This document shows positions 43,313 through 52,804 of a stretch of DNA of 64,000 nucleotides, one piece after another. Source of the DNA: an uncultured delta proteobacterium (GTDB taxonomy: Bacteria > Myxococcota_A > Polyangia > Palsa-1104); assembly GCA_963785725.1 (NCBI GenBank), contig CAWAWS010000015.1, positions 192,001 through 256,000 on the forward strand, written 5' to 3'. Below the pieces are notes generated by a model. It was given only the letters and a program-made list of their open reading frames with translations, had not been told where the DNA came from and searched no databases. A program made the position numbers and the translations under genes. Numbering within the stretch: position 1 is the first letter of the stretch; each line of letters begins with the position of its first letter.

Positions 43313-44401
43313 ATGTCGATTCGATCGCTCGCGATCCTGGTCGCTGCCTCTCTCTCGTTCGCTGCCTGCAACGACACCGGCACGCAGACGGCCGACTACG
43401 GGCCGCTCTTGGCGCAGCTCATGACGGTGGCCGTGCCCGAGCACGCCGACTTCGCCGCGCAATCGGCCTCGCTCGACACGGCGGCGATGGCGCTCGAAGC
43501 CAACCCCGGCATGCCCACGCTGATGGCGGCGCAGGCGCAGTGGCGCGTGGCGCGCGCGGCCTTGCGTAAGCTGGACGCGCTGCACTTCGGGCCCATCTCG
43601 ACGCTGGGCATCGGCGATCGCATCGACGCCTCGCCCGCCGACGACAGCGCCATCGACGCCGTCGTCGCCGGCACGCAGACGATCGACGCGACGCTCATCG
43701 GCAGCACGCTCGGCGATACGTCCAAGGGCTTCTTGGGCGTCGAGTATCTGCTGTTCTCGGCCGACGGCACGACCGCGGCGCTGGCGCGGCTCTCCGGCAG
43801 CGATGTCGCGTCGTCGCGGCGGCGAACGCTCTTGCGCGCCATGTGCGACGAGATCGCCGCGTCGGCGCAGCAGCTGTCGACCGCGTGGGATCCGACGACC
43901 GGCTACGCGCACCAGATCACGACGGCGGGCGCCGGCTCGACGGTCTACTTGCGGCAGCGCGGTGCGCTCGACGACCTCGTGGGCGGCAGCGCCTACGCGC
44001 TCGAGCTCGTCGTCGGCATTCGCTTGGCGATGCCGCTCGGCCTCAAGTCCGCCAACGGCATGCCCGACGCGTCGCTCGATCCGACGACGGCCAGCGACAG
44101 CGCCGTCGCCGACATGAACGCGTCGCTGGCCGGCACGCTGGCGATGTGGTCGGGGCAGGGCTTCAACGCGCAGGTGCTGTCGTCGAGCCCGTCGCTCGAC
44201 AGCCAGGCCGTGACGCAGCAGACGGCTTGTGATACGAGCGTGGCGGCGATTCCGTCGCCCTTCGCGTCGGCGGTCGTCAACCAGACTGCGACGGTGATGG
44301 CGGCCTACGAAGCCTGCAAGACGTGGAAAGACACTTGGAACATGGAGCTGACGAGCGCTCTGGGCGCATCTCTGCAGGTGCTCGACAACGACGGTGACTA
44401 G
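43313..44401 (+). CDS. Second imelysin-family lipoprotein
   Basis: Lipobox FAAC; KGFLGVEYLLF; C-terminal DNDGD. Confidence 0.85.
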   Translation: MSIRSLAILVAASLSFAACNDTGTQTADYGPLLAQLMTVAVPEHADFAAQSASLDTAAMALEANPGMPTLMAAQAQWRVARAALRKLDALHFGPISTLGIGDRIDASPADDSAIDAVVAGTQTIDATLIGSTLGDTSKGFLGVEYLLFSADGTTAALARLSGSDVASSRRRTLLRAMCDEIAASAQQLSTAWDPTTGYAHQITTAGAGSTVYLRQRGALDDLVGGSAYALELVVGIRLAMPLGLKSANGMPDASLDPTTASDSAVADMNASLAGTLAMWSGQGFNAQVLSSSPSLDSQAVTQQTACDTSVAAIPSPFASAVVNQTATVMAAYEACKTWKDTWNMELTSALGASLQVLDNDGD

Positions 44402-46679
44402 CCTTCGGCCTTCTCATACCGCTTGCTTGATTGCGCTCGTGGTTTCGCTGCCGGTCGCCGCTTCGGCGCAGCCGGCCGCGCCTGCGTCGGCGGTCGACTC
44501 GACCGCGCCGGCGACCGCCGCGCCGGCGCCGGCCGCGGCTGCGCCCAATGCAGCGGACGCGCCTGCGACGACGACGACGCCGCCGACGACGACTGACGCG
44601 ACCGCCATTCCGCTCGCGCCCGACGCCAAAGTGCGCAGCTATTCGTCGACGGTGCACGCCGACAAGGGCGACACCTTGCGCCGCGCGTCCGGCTCGAAGA
44701 CGGTCATCACGCAAGACGACATCGCCAAAGCGCAGCCGGAGAGCGCGAGCGAGATGCTGGCGCGCGTGCCCGGCTTGCAAGTGCGCCAAGAGGATCAGAG
44801 CGGCTTTCGCCTGAACTTGGGCGTGCGCGGCCTGTCGCCCGAGCGCAGCCGCCTCGTGCTCGTCGAGGAGGACGGCGTGCCCGTCGTCGTCAGCCCCTAC
44901 GGCGAGCCCGAGCTCTACTACATGACCTCGGTCGAGCGCATTCAGTCGATGGACGTCATCAAAGGTAGCGACGTCCTGCGTTATGGGCCGCAAACGGTCG
45001 GCGCCGTCATTCAGCTGCACACGTGGGAGCCGACGCCCGAGCAGTCGTGGTTCACGTCGGTCACCGGCGGACAGCGCGGCTACTTCGAGGTCGTGGCGCG
45101 CGACTCGGGCACGCTGGCGAACGGCGTCGGCTACGTCGCGCAGGCCTATTACAAGCGCGGCGACGGCTATCGCGCCATGGGTTTTCAGGCCGGCGACGTC
45201 TTCGGCAAGCTGCGCATTCCGACGGGGCCCAACGGCGAATTCCACTTCAAGCTCGCCTTCCATGACGACCTGACGAACACGACCTACACCGGCCTGACCG
45301 ACACGATGTATCAGCAGAACCCGCGGCAAAACACCATCGCGCCCAACGATCACTTCGGCATCCAGCGCGTCGAAGTCTCGCTCACGCACGACCAGCGCTG
45401 GGGCCGCAACACCAAGCTGCATACGGCGCTGTTCTTCTACCAAATGAACCTCGATCTGCGGCTGCAGGACTTCGATCGCCAAGAGCAGCCCGACGTCCAA
45501 TACGACACCGCGATGAATCACCCGGGCGACGGGCTCTACTTTCGCAACACGACGTCGCTGCGCAATCGCGTCTACGACGTCGGCGGCGTCTCGGCCGAGC
45601 TCGAGCAGCGCTTCGACTTGGGGCCGCTCAAGAACAAGCTGACCGTCGGCACGCGCATGATGTACGACGCCGCGCGCCGCCAGTTGTCGAGCGGCATGTT
45701 CCCGACCGCCGACTCGGGCGACCTCTTGACCGACGACACGACGCAGATCTTCGGCCTCTCGGGCTGGATCGAGGACCAAATCAGCATGGGCGACTGGGTG
45801 CTGGTGACGCCCGCGTTCCGCTTCGAGTACTCGCACACGACGTACACCGCCCACCGCATCGACAACGCGCCGGCGCCGCCGCAGGACGTCGACCTCACGA
45901 GCTACACGAGCGCCCACGGCACCATGCCCGGCATCGGCATCGTCGTCGGCAAGCCGGCGCTCAACGTCTTCACCAGCTTTTACTTGGGCTACTCCGGTCC
46001 ACGCGTCAGCCAAGCCATCACCCCCGACGGCCACGACACCAACTTGCCGTCGGAGCACTCGAGCAACTACGAGCTCGGCCTGCGCGGTCGCTTCGGCAGC
46101 TGGCTGCGCGCCGAGGGCGACTTCTTCTTCGTCAACTTCGACAACCAGCTCATCTCCAACAACCCGCTGAGCGGCTCCGACTCCGAGTTCGTCGACGGCG
46201 GTCGCACGCAGCACGTCGGCGCCGAGGCCACGGCGACCATCCGCTTCGGCCGCGCCTTGCAGCTGCCGCTCGACATCGACTTGGGCGGCACCTACACGTT
46301 CGTGCACTCGCGCTTCGTCGGCGGCTCGTTCAACGGCAAGACGGTGCCGTATTCGCCCGACAACACCGCCGTCTTGACGCTCGATCTCATGCACCGGATC
46401 GGCGTCGGCGCGCAGATCGCCTTCTCGTACGTCGGCGCGCAGTTCTCCGACGAGCAGAACACGATCGAGCCCGGCCCCACCGGCCTCGACGGCATCATCC
46501 CGGCCTACACGACGCTCGACGTCACGGCCCGCTATCACAACGCGCGCACCGGCCTCGGCCTGGCGGTGTCGATGAAGAACGCGCTCGACCGCGTCTACAT
46601 CTCCGATCGCCTGCCCAACGGCATCTTCACGGCCGGCTTCCGCCAGATCTTCGCGACGCTGTCGTGGTCGCGCGACTGA
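44394..46679 (+). CDS. TonB-dependent receptor (FecA-like)
   Basis: Plug LARVPG..NLGVRG..LVEEDGVP...YGPQTVGAVI; beta-barrel ending NALDRVY..GFRQIFATLSW. Confidence 0.93.
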   Translation: MTSLRPSHTACLIALVVSLPVAASAQPAAPASAVDSTAPATAAPAPAAAAPNAADAPATTTTPPTTTDATAIPLAPDAKVRSYSSTVHADKGDTLRRASGSKTVITQDDIAKAQPESASEMLARVPGLQVRQEDQSGFRLNLGVRGLSPERSRLVLVEEDGVPVVVSPYGEPELYYMTSVERIQSMDVIKGSDVLRYGPQTVGAVIQLHTWEPTPEQSWFTSVTGGQRGYFEVVARDSGTLANGVGYVAQAYYKRGDGYRAMGFQAGDVFGKLRIPTGPNGEFHFKLAFHDDLTNTTYTGLTDTMYQQNPRQNTIAPNDHFGIQRVEVSLTHDQRWGRNTKLHTALFFYQMNLDLRLQDFDRQEQPDVQYDTAMNHPGDGLYFRNTTSLRNRVYDVGGVSAELEQRFDLGPLKNKLTVGTRMMYDAARRQLSSGMFPTADSGDLLTDDTTQIFGLSGWIEDQISMGDWVLVTPAFRFEYSHTTYTAHRIDNAPAPPQDVDLTSYTSAHGTMPGIGIVVGKPALNVFTSFYLGYSGPRVSQAITPDGHDTNLPSEHSSNYELGLRGRFGSWLRAEGDFFFVNFDNQLISNNPLSGSDSEFVDGGRTQHVGAEATATIRFGRALQLPLDIDLGGTYTFVHSRFVGGSFNGKTVPYSPDNTAVLTLDLMHRIGVGAQIAFSYVGAQFSDEQNTIEPGPTGLDGIIPAYTTLDVTARYHNARTGLGLAVSMKNALDRVYISDRLPNGIFTAGFRQIFATLSWSRD

Positions 46680-48001
46680 GAGCGGCCGTCGATCGTTCGC
46701 TCGGGCGGCCCATCGACGGCGCGTCGCTCGCCGTCTTTCGCGTCCTGTTCGGCGCGCTCATGGTCATCGCCGGCGCCCGCTTCTTCACGCACGGCTGGAT
46801 CGCCAGCGACTACCGCGCCGCCCGCGTGTTCCTGCCGTATTGGGGCCTCGGCTTCATTCGCCCGTGGCCCGGCGACGGCATGTACGTCCACTACGCGGTC
46901 ATGATCGCCGCCGCGCTCGCGGTCGCCGTCGGCCTCTTTTACCGCGCGGCGACGATCGTGTTCGCGTTCACGTTCACGTGGGCGCACCTGTGCGATCGCG
47001 CCAACTACCTCAACCACTACTATTTGGTGAGCCTGGTCGCGCTCATCCTCGTGTTCCTGCCGCTCGATCGCCAGCTGTCGCTGCGCGTGTGGCTGTGGCC
47101 GGCCGATCGGCGCTCGCAGCTGCGCGCGTGGATGCTCTATCTCCTGCGCTTTCAATTCGGCCTCGTCTGGTGCTTCGGCGGCATCGCCAAGATCGGCAGC
47201 GACTGGGTCTTGCGCGGCGAGCCCTTGCGCATCTGGCTCGCCGCCGACGCCGACTTGCCGATCTTGCGCCACCTCGTCCGCTGGCATGCGCTGCCGTACC
47301 TGTTCAGCTGGGGCGGCTTGGCCTTCGACCTGTCGATCGTGCCGCTGTTGTCGTGGGAAAAGACGCGCAAGCTGGCGTTCGTCGTCGCCGTCGTCTTCCA
47401 CGTGCTGACGGCGGAGCTGTTCCCCATCGGCCTGTTCCCGTGGATCATGCTCGCCGGCGCGACGCTCTTCTTCGCGCCGACGTGGCCGCGGCGTTGGCTC
47501 GGCGCCGCGCGTGATGCCGAGGTCGCCGGCGGCGAGCTCGGTCGCGTGAGCGTGGCGGCGCTGGCGGTCTACGCGTTCGTGCAGCTCGTCGTGCCGCTGC
47601 GCCACTTCGCCTATCCCGGCAACACGCTGTGGACCGAGGAGGGCTTTCGCTTCGCCTGGCGCGTCATGCTGATCGAGAAGAGCGGGCAGTGCGAATTCAC
47701 CGTCGTCGACGAACGCAACCGGCGGACGCTGGTGACGCCGCGCGACTATCTGACCTACGTGCAGGCGCGGATGACCTGCACGCAGCCGGACCTGATCTTG
47801 GCGCTCGCCCACATCATCGCCGACGATTTCGCGCGCCGCGGTCGCGGGCCGGTGCGCGTCTACGCCGACGCGCCGGTGTCGTGGAACGGCCGCTCGCGCG
47901 CGCCGATGATCGATCCGCGCGTCGATTTGGCGCACGAAGAGGACGGCTTTGACGCCAAGCGCTGGATCCTGCCGGCGCCGACGACGCCGCCGCGCTTCTA
48001 G
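46664..48001 (+). CDS. HTTM-domain / vitamin K-dependent gamma-carboxylase-like membrane protein
   Basis: SLAVFRVLFG, YLNHYYL, GGIAKIGSDW..GEP, IGLFPW, WTEEGFRFAWRVMLIEK, TQPDLI, IDPRVDLA. Confidence 0.9.
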   Translation: MVARLRAAVDRSLGRPIDGASLAVFRVLFGALMVIAGARFFTHGWIASDYRAARVFLPYWGLGFIRPWPGDGMYVHYAVMIAAALAVAVGLFYRAATIVFAFTFTWAHLCDRANYLNHYYLVSLVALILVFLPLDRQLSLRVWLWPADRRSQLRAWMLYLLRFQFGLVWCFGGIAKIGSDWVLRGEPLRIWLAADADLPILRHLVRWHALPYLFSWGGLAFDLSIVPLLSWEKTRKLAFVVAVVFHVLTAELFPIGLFPWIMLAGATLFFAPTWPRRWLGAARDAEVAGGELGRVSVAALAVYAFVQLVVPLRHFAYPGNTLWTEEGFRFAWRVMLIEKSGQCEFTVVDERNRRTLVTPRDYLTYVQARMTCTQPDLILALAHIIADDFARRGRGPVRVYADAPVSWNGRSRAPMIDPRVDLAHEEDGFDAKRWILPAPTTPPRF

Positions 48002-48003
48002 GC

Positions 48004-49626
48004 TTACGGCATCGGCATCGACGTCGTCGACGGCGCGCCCGGCAGCGCGGGCCAGCCGTTGTTCCACACGATGCGATCGTCGAGGAGCACGCGCGTGTCG
48101 CCGGGGCCGTTGACGTGACCCGCGATCCAGGCGTGATAGACCATGTAGGCGTCGCCGCCGGGACCGTCGGTGACCGAGCAGTGGCCGGGCCCAATCCAGG
48201 CGGCGTTGCTGACGACGATGGGCGCCGTCGCTTTCGTGTACGGCCCGAGCGGCGACGCGGCGCGCGCGACGCCGACGGCATAGCTGGCGTTGGCGTACGA
48301 GTTCCCGCTGTAAAACAGGTAGTAGCTGCCGCCGTGCGCGTAGAGCCACGGGCCTTCGGTGACGGCGCCTTCCCACGCTTGATCGTTCGTGATCAGCGTC
48401 GACGCGGTGCCGGTCAGGGCGAGGCCGTTGGCGGCGAGCGGCTGGCCGTGAATCGGCGTCGGCTTGCCGACGGCGTTGCCGTCCTCTTTCCAGAGCAGAT
48501 AGATGGCGCCGTTGCTGTCCTGAAACTCGGTGGCGTCGATGAGGCCCATCGCCGGGTCGTGCACGAGCGGCGCGCCCGAGTCGACGAACGGCCCCGTCGG
48601 GCTCGTCGCCGACGCGGCGCCGATGCTGAGCATGCCGTCGCTGTTGCGGGCGGTGAAGTAGGCGACCCAGCCGGCGCCGACCTTGTGAATCTCGGGCGCC
48701 CAGAAGTCGCCCGTCGCCCATTTGGGCTTCTGCGCCGACGGGAAGATGGGGCCGATCGACGTCCAGTTGACCAGGTCGGGTGAGCTGTAGATGGGGAAGG
48801 CGTCGCCGGCGTCGCCGGACGTGCAGGCGACGAGGTAGCGATTGCCGTCGTGGAGCACGCCCGGATCGGCGCAGCCCGACGGTAGCACCGAGTTGACGTA
48901 GAGCCCGCCGCACTGCGTGTAGTCGAGCGAGAGGTCGCAGGCGGCGGCGCCGGTGAACGTCGGCGTCCAGCCGTTCGACAGCGTGGCCGTCGACTGCGCG
49001 CCCGACGTGGCGCAGGCGCGATCCCAGGTGACGCGGCCGGCGACGTCGTCGTAGCGGTTGGTGTGCCCGGCGGGCGCGGACCAGGCGGGGCCGTAGCTGA
49101 TGCGCGTGGCGCAGGTCGTCGGCGCGCCGGCGCAGCCCGTTTGATCGAGGGCCATGACGCAGCCGCCGTGGCCGTTGAAGTAGGGCTTCCAGCCGTTCGA
49201 CAGCGTGGCGTAGGAGTTGGCGCCGTCGATGGTGCAGACGCCGTCCCAGGTGACGCTGCCGGAGACGATGTCGTACGTGTTCGGATGCGACGCGGGCGCG
49301 ATCCAGGCGTTGCCGTAGGTGATGCGCGTCGTGCAGCTGCTCGCGCCGACGGCGAGGTCGCCGACGCCGCCGAGGTCGACGACGCCGACGACGCCGCCGT
49401 CGTTGCCGACCGCGCCGTCGCTGCTCGGCGTCGACGCGAGGTCGGCGCCGCTCGGTGTCGACGCGAGGTCGGCGCTATTGACGACGGTCAAGTCGTTCAC
49501 GCTGACGCTGGCGTCGTTCGTGGTCTTGCTGGTGCTGTCATCGCCGCAGCCAACGGCGCCGATGGTCAACGAAGACAGCGCGACGAGAGCCAAGATCGAG
49601 TGGTTCACGCGCCGCGAAAATAGCAC
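48004..49626 (-). CDS. GH43 glycoside hydrolase lipoprotein with two tandem Cys/Trp-rich modules
   Basis: Lipobox AVGC; ADPGV, WAPEI, IDAT, TEGP, GPGH catalytic motifs; exact start uncertain. Confidence 0.88.
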   Translation of the reverse strand: MLFSRRVNHSILALVALSSLTIGAVGCGDDSTSKTTNDASVSVNDLTVVNSADLASTPSGADLASTPSSDGAVGNDGGVVGVVDLGGVGDLAVGASSCTTRITYGNAWIAPASHPNTYDIVSGSVTWDGVCTIDGANSYATLSNGWKPYFNGHGGCVMALDQTGCAGAPTTCATRISYGPAWSAPAGHTNRYDDVAGRVTWDRACATSGAQSTATLSNGWTPTFTGAAACDLSLDYTQCGGLYVNSVLPSGCADPGVLHDGNRYLVACTSGDAGDAFPIYSSPDLVNWTSIGPIFPSAQKPKWATGDFWAPEIHKVGAGWVAYFTARNSDGMLSIGAASATSPTGPFVDSGAPLVHDPAMGLIDATEFQDSNGAIYLLWKEDGNAVGKPTPIHGQPLAANGLALTGTASTLITNDQAWEGAVTEGPWLYAHGGSYYLFYSGNSYANASYAVGVARAASPLGPYTKATAPIVVSNAAWIGPGHCSVTDGPGGDAYMVYHAWIAGHVNGPGDTRVLLDDRIVWNNGWPALPGAPSTTSMPMP

Positions 49627-49695
49627 GCGCGTTCGCTGCCGAGGCAGCCATCGACGCCGAAAATGCCCTAAATCGTCGTCTCATTTGCGAGACAG

Positions 49696-50307
49696 CTACG
49701 TGCCCTCTTCGAGCCACTTGCGCAGCGCGGGGACGACCGTGCGCGCCCACGTCGGCCGCGTGCGCTCGCCGAGGAACTGACGAAACGCCAGCTCCAACGC
49801 CGCGTCCAAGCTGCCGAGCAGCATGAGTCGCTCGTCGGCGCGATCGTCGTCCTCTTCGGTCAACAGCGCCGGAATTTGCACGCGCTTGAGATCGAAATAC
49901 TCGGCCGACAGCACGAACATGTAGCCGCGCTCCTCGTCACCGGCGACGAACAGCTGCAGCTCGGCCTCTTTGACCGCGAGGCCGCCGGCGAGCGCGTAGC
50001 GAATGTCGGGGCTGACGCCGGGCGAGGCGCCCTTCAACACCATGTCGCTGACGGCGCCGTCGCCGGCGTGCAAGCTCAAGCGGCCGCCGAACTGGATCGA
50101 GAAGTCGGGGACGTCACCTTCGCCGGCGAACGTGCCGCCTTGCGTCTCGGCGTGCCACACGAGCCAGGTCAGGAACTCGCGCGCCAAGAACGCGTAATCC
50201 TCGCGATCGGCGCGCGCCGCGGTCTCGGCGGCGCTGGCGGTCGTCTCGCCCGAGTCGCGAATCTCGTCGGCCAGCGTCGGCTCTTTCGACTTGCGGCGCG
50301 TCGCCAT
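49696..50307 (-). CDS. RdgC-related protein, second half of a two-gene pair
   Basis: TGATG coupling; FLAREFLTWL..., ERLMLL..LD..F..FL..R...W pattern. Confidence 0.6.
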   Translation of the reverse strand: MATRRKSKEPTLADEIRDSGETTASAAETAARADREDYAFLAREFLTWLVWHAETQGGTFAGEGDVPDFSIQFGGRLSLHAGDGAVSDMVLKGASPGVSPDIRYALAGGLAVKEAELQLFVAGDEERGYMFVLSAEYFDLKRVQIPALLTEEDDDRADERLMLLGSLDAALELAFRQFLGERTRPTWARTVVPALRKWLEEGT

Positions 50308-50966
50308 CAGCCGTCCTCCCGCGCCGTCGCCAACGGGCGCACGCCGGCAAAACCGAGCCACAGCTCCGGCGTCGGCTCGAGCTTCTTCAGCAGCTCGTCG
50401 GCGATCGCCGCGCGACTCCAGCGCGCCGGCCCTTCGACCTCGAGGCGCAGCCCGAACGAGCGCACGAACTGCTCGATGAACACTTGATTGATCGCCTTCG
50501 TTTGCGACCAAAAGTAGAGCCGCGACGTGTCCAGGTTCCAGACGACGTCGACCGTCTTCACTTTGGGGAAGCTGCGCTGACGCAAGGCGCGCGTGATCTC
50601 CTCTTTGAGCAGCGACTTCTCGCGGCGCGACAGCTTGCGCGCCTCGGCGGCTTCCATCGTCTGCACGCGCGTTTGCAGCTGGCGGCGCACTTCGGCCGGC
50701 GGCGGCTTCAGCACGTCGATGCGCAGGGTGACGCGCAGCTGCTCGCCGCCGGCGCCGACGAAGAAGAGCTTGTCGGCGCGTAAGTCGGCGTCGTCGTAGT
50801 CGTTCAGCGAGACCCAACCGAGCGAGCGATCGTGCTCGCCTTTGGGATCGAGCGGCGCGAACGCGTGCGCGCGGACGCCGCGCGCGAACTTGGCCCGCGC
50901 GTCGGCCGGCAAGGGGTCGAGGATTTTGTAGCGGCGAACGGAGATCGAACCTACGAGTGCGCCCAT
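50307..50966 (-). CDS. rdgC: RdgC-like recombination-associated protein, N-terminal half
   Basis: MGALVGSISVRRY, RSLGWV, LRID..KPP..V....E......LSRREK..LKEEI...L, DVVWN. Confidence 0.65.
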   Translation of the reverse strand: MGALVGSISVRRYKILDPLPADARAKFARGVRAHAFAPLDPKGEHDRSLGWVSLNDYDDADLRADKLFFVGAGGEQLRVTLRIDVLKPPPAEVRRQLQTRVQTMEAAEARKLSRREKSLLKEEITRALRQRSFPKVKTVDVVWNLDTSRLYFWSQTKAINQVFIEQFVRSFGLRLEVEGPARWSRAAIADELLKKLEPTPELWLGFAGVRPLATAREDG

Positions 50967-51011
50967 CGGGTCGCGGACGCTAGCCGAGCGCGACGATCGG
51001 CGCAAGCTCGG

Positions 51012-51224
51012 CTAACGCAATAGTCGCTGCTCGGGACGACCGCCGAGCAGCCGCACGGGAAAGAGCAGCACGCCCTTGACCAGCTCGAGCACGCCGTCGA
51101 CGGCCACGCCGAGCAGCCGGAACGGCAAGAGCAGCAGCCACACGAGCGGATAGAGGACGAGCGCGAGCAGCGCCAGCGGCCAACAAAAGAAGAAGAGGAG
51201 CAGCCACAACAGCAACTTCAGCAT
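51012..51224 (-). CDS. Small hydrophobic membrane protein (70 aa)
   Basis: LLWLLLFFFCWPLALLALVLYPLVWLLLLPFR. Confidence 0.7.
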   Translation of the reverse strand: MLKLLLWLLLFFFCWPLALLALVLYPLVWLLLLPFRLLGVAVDGVLELVKGVLLFPVRLLGGRPEQRLLR

Positions 51225-51311
51225 ATGGAAGTGACAAACGGGCGGGCGCGAATATTCCGTGACCGCCGTCGTCGCTTGACAGTGTCGGGCGATGCTTTAA
51301 ACCCAGCAGTC

Positions 51312-52244
51312 ATGGCGACGATCGCGAACCTCGAGGTCTTCCCGCTCAACTTGGGCGGCAACGTGTTCGGCTGGAGCGCCGACGAGGCGCAGTCGTTCGC
51401 CGTGCTCGACGCCTACGCGGCGGCGGGCGGCAACTTCATCGACACGGCCGACGTCTATTCGGCGTGGGTGCCCGGCCACGCCGGCGGCGAGTCGGAGGCC
51501 ATCTTGGGGCGCTGGATGAAGGCGCGTGGCAATCGGCAGCGCACGATCATCGCCACCAAAGTCGGGCAGCATCCGGCGCACAAGGGATTGTCCAAGTCGA
51601 GCATCGTCGCGGCCTGTGACGCGTCGTTGCAGCGGCTGCAGAGCGATCACATCGACCTCTATTACGCGCACGTCGACGACGCGGCCACGCCGCTCGAAGA
51701 GACGCTGGCGGCGTTCGACGGGCTCGTGCGCGCCGGCAAAGTGCGGCAGCTGGCGGCGTCGAACTACTCGGCGGCGCGGCTCGGCGAGGCGCTGGCGATC
51801 TGCAAGCGCAACGGTTGGGCTCGCTATGTCGCGCTGCAGCCGCACTACAACTTGATGGAGCGCGCCGGCTACGAAGGCGAGTTGGCCGCGCTGTGCGCCA
51901 AAGAGGGCATCGCCTGCGTCCCCTATTTCGCGCTCGCCAAGGGCTTCTTGACCGGCAAGTATCGGCCGGGCAAGCCGGTGCAGAGCGTGCGCGCGCAGGG
52001 CGCCTCGGCCTATCTCGACGCACGCGGCGAGCGCGTCCTCGGCGTGCTCGACGCGCTGTCGGCGCATTACGAGACGCCGCCGGCCGCGGTGGCGCTCGCC
52101 TGGCTGCGCGCGCAGCCGACGGTCGTCGCGCCCATCGCCAGCGCGCGCACCGTCGAGCAGCTGCGCGAGCTCTTGCCGATGGCGACGCTGCGCTTGACCG
52201 CCGACGAGCTCGATCGCCTGAGCCGCGCCGCCGCCACGACCTAG
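51312..52244 (+). CDS. Aldo/keto reductase
   Basis: LGGNVFG, FIDTADVY, IATK, IDLYYAH, ASN, Q..YNL, LAKGFLTGKY. Confidence 0.95.
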   Translation: MATIANLEVFPLNLGGNVFGWSADEAQSFAVLDAYAAAGGNFIDTADVYSAWVPGHAGGESEAILGRWMKARGNRQRTIIATKVGQHPAHKGLSKSSIVAACDASLQRLQSDHIDLYYAHVDDAATPLEETLAAFDGLVRAGKVRQLAASNYSAARLGEALAICKRNGWARYVALQPHYNLMERAGYEGELAALCAKEGIACVPYFALAKGFLTGKYRPGKPVQSVRAQGASAYLDARGERVLGVLDALSAHYETPPAAVALAWLRAQPTVVAPIASARTVEQLRELLPMATLRLTADELDRLSRAAATT

Positions 52245-52804
52245 TACCTCGCCACCGTGATGTCGACCGGTCCGCGCTGGTCTTCGACGTCCATGGCTTC
52301 GTTGCTCCTTCGTCGTCGCGCCTCGCCCTGAACGCCGAATCCTCGCCGGGGACCCATCAAAATCACTGTGCGAGGTACTGGCCTTCCGTCGCTGTCCGCC
52401 TCCGGCCGTCGCCATGCTCAGTCGCGCTGACGGGTCGTTCGCGCCGCGATCACGCGCGCGCGGGTCGGTCGTGACCGCGTAAACGACGCCGTTTTCGCGC
52501 GCTGTCTCTTTTTGTGCGCAGCGCGGCCTAGGACTTCGCGCGCCCGTCATCGAGTTGTCGGATTGCGGACGCGCTTCGTCGATCGCGCGTTGCTTCGCCG
52601 TTGCAGGACGGGCGTTCGCCTTTTTGCGCCGCAGCGGCGGTGAGCTGCGACGGCATCGACCGCGTCTGCCGAGAACCGTTCGCGAAAAGCGATTCCGACG
52701 TTTTGATGAACGGCGCGACAAAGCTCGATGACGCGCTGTTCCGCGCTTGCTGGGCTTCTGTCGCCGCGTTTATTGCTGCCCGCATCACGAACGTGGAGGA
52801 GCGA

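Noticed and set aside
52245..52804. Riboswitch, ncRNA or Pho boxes in the long intergenic region
   Set aside because: No aptamer motif or clean 11-bp-period repeats recognisable by eye; an Rfam scan is needed
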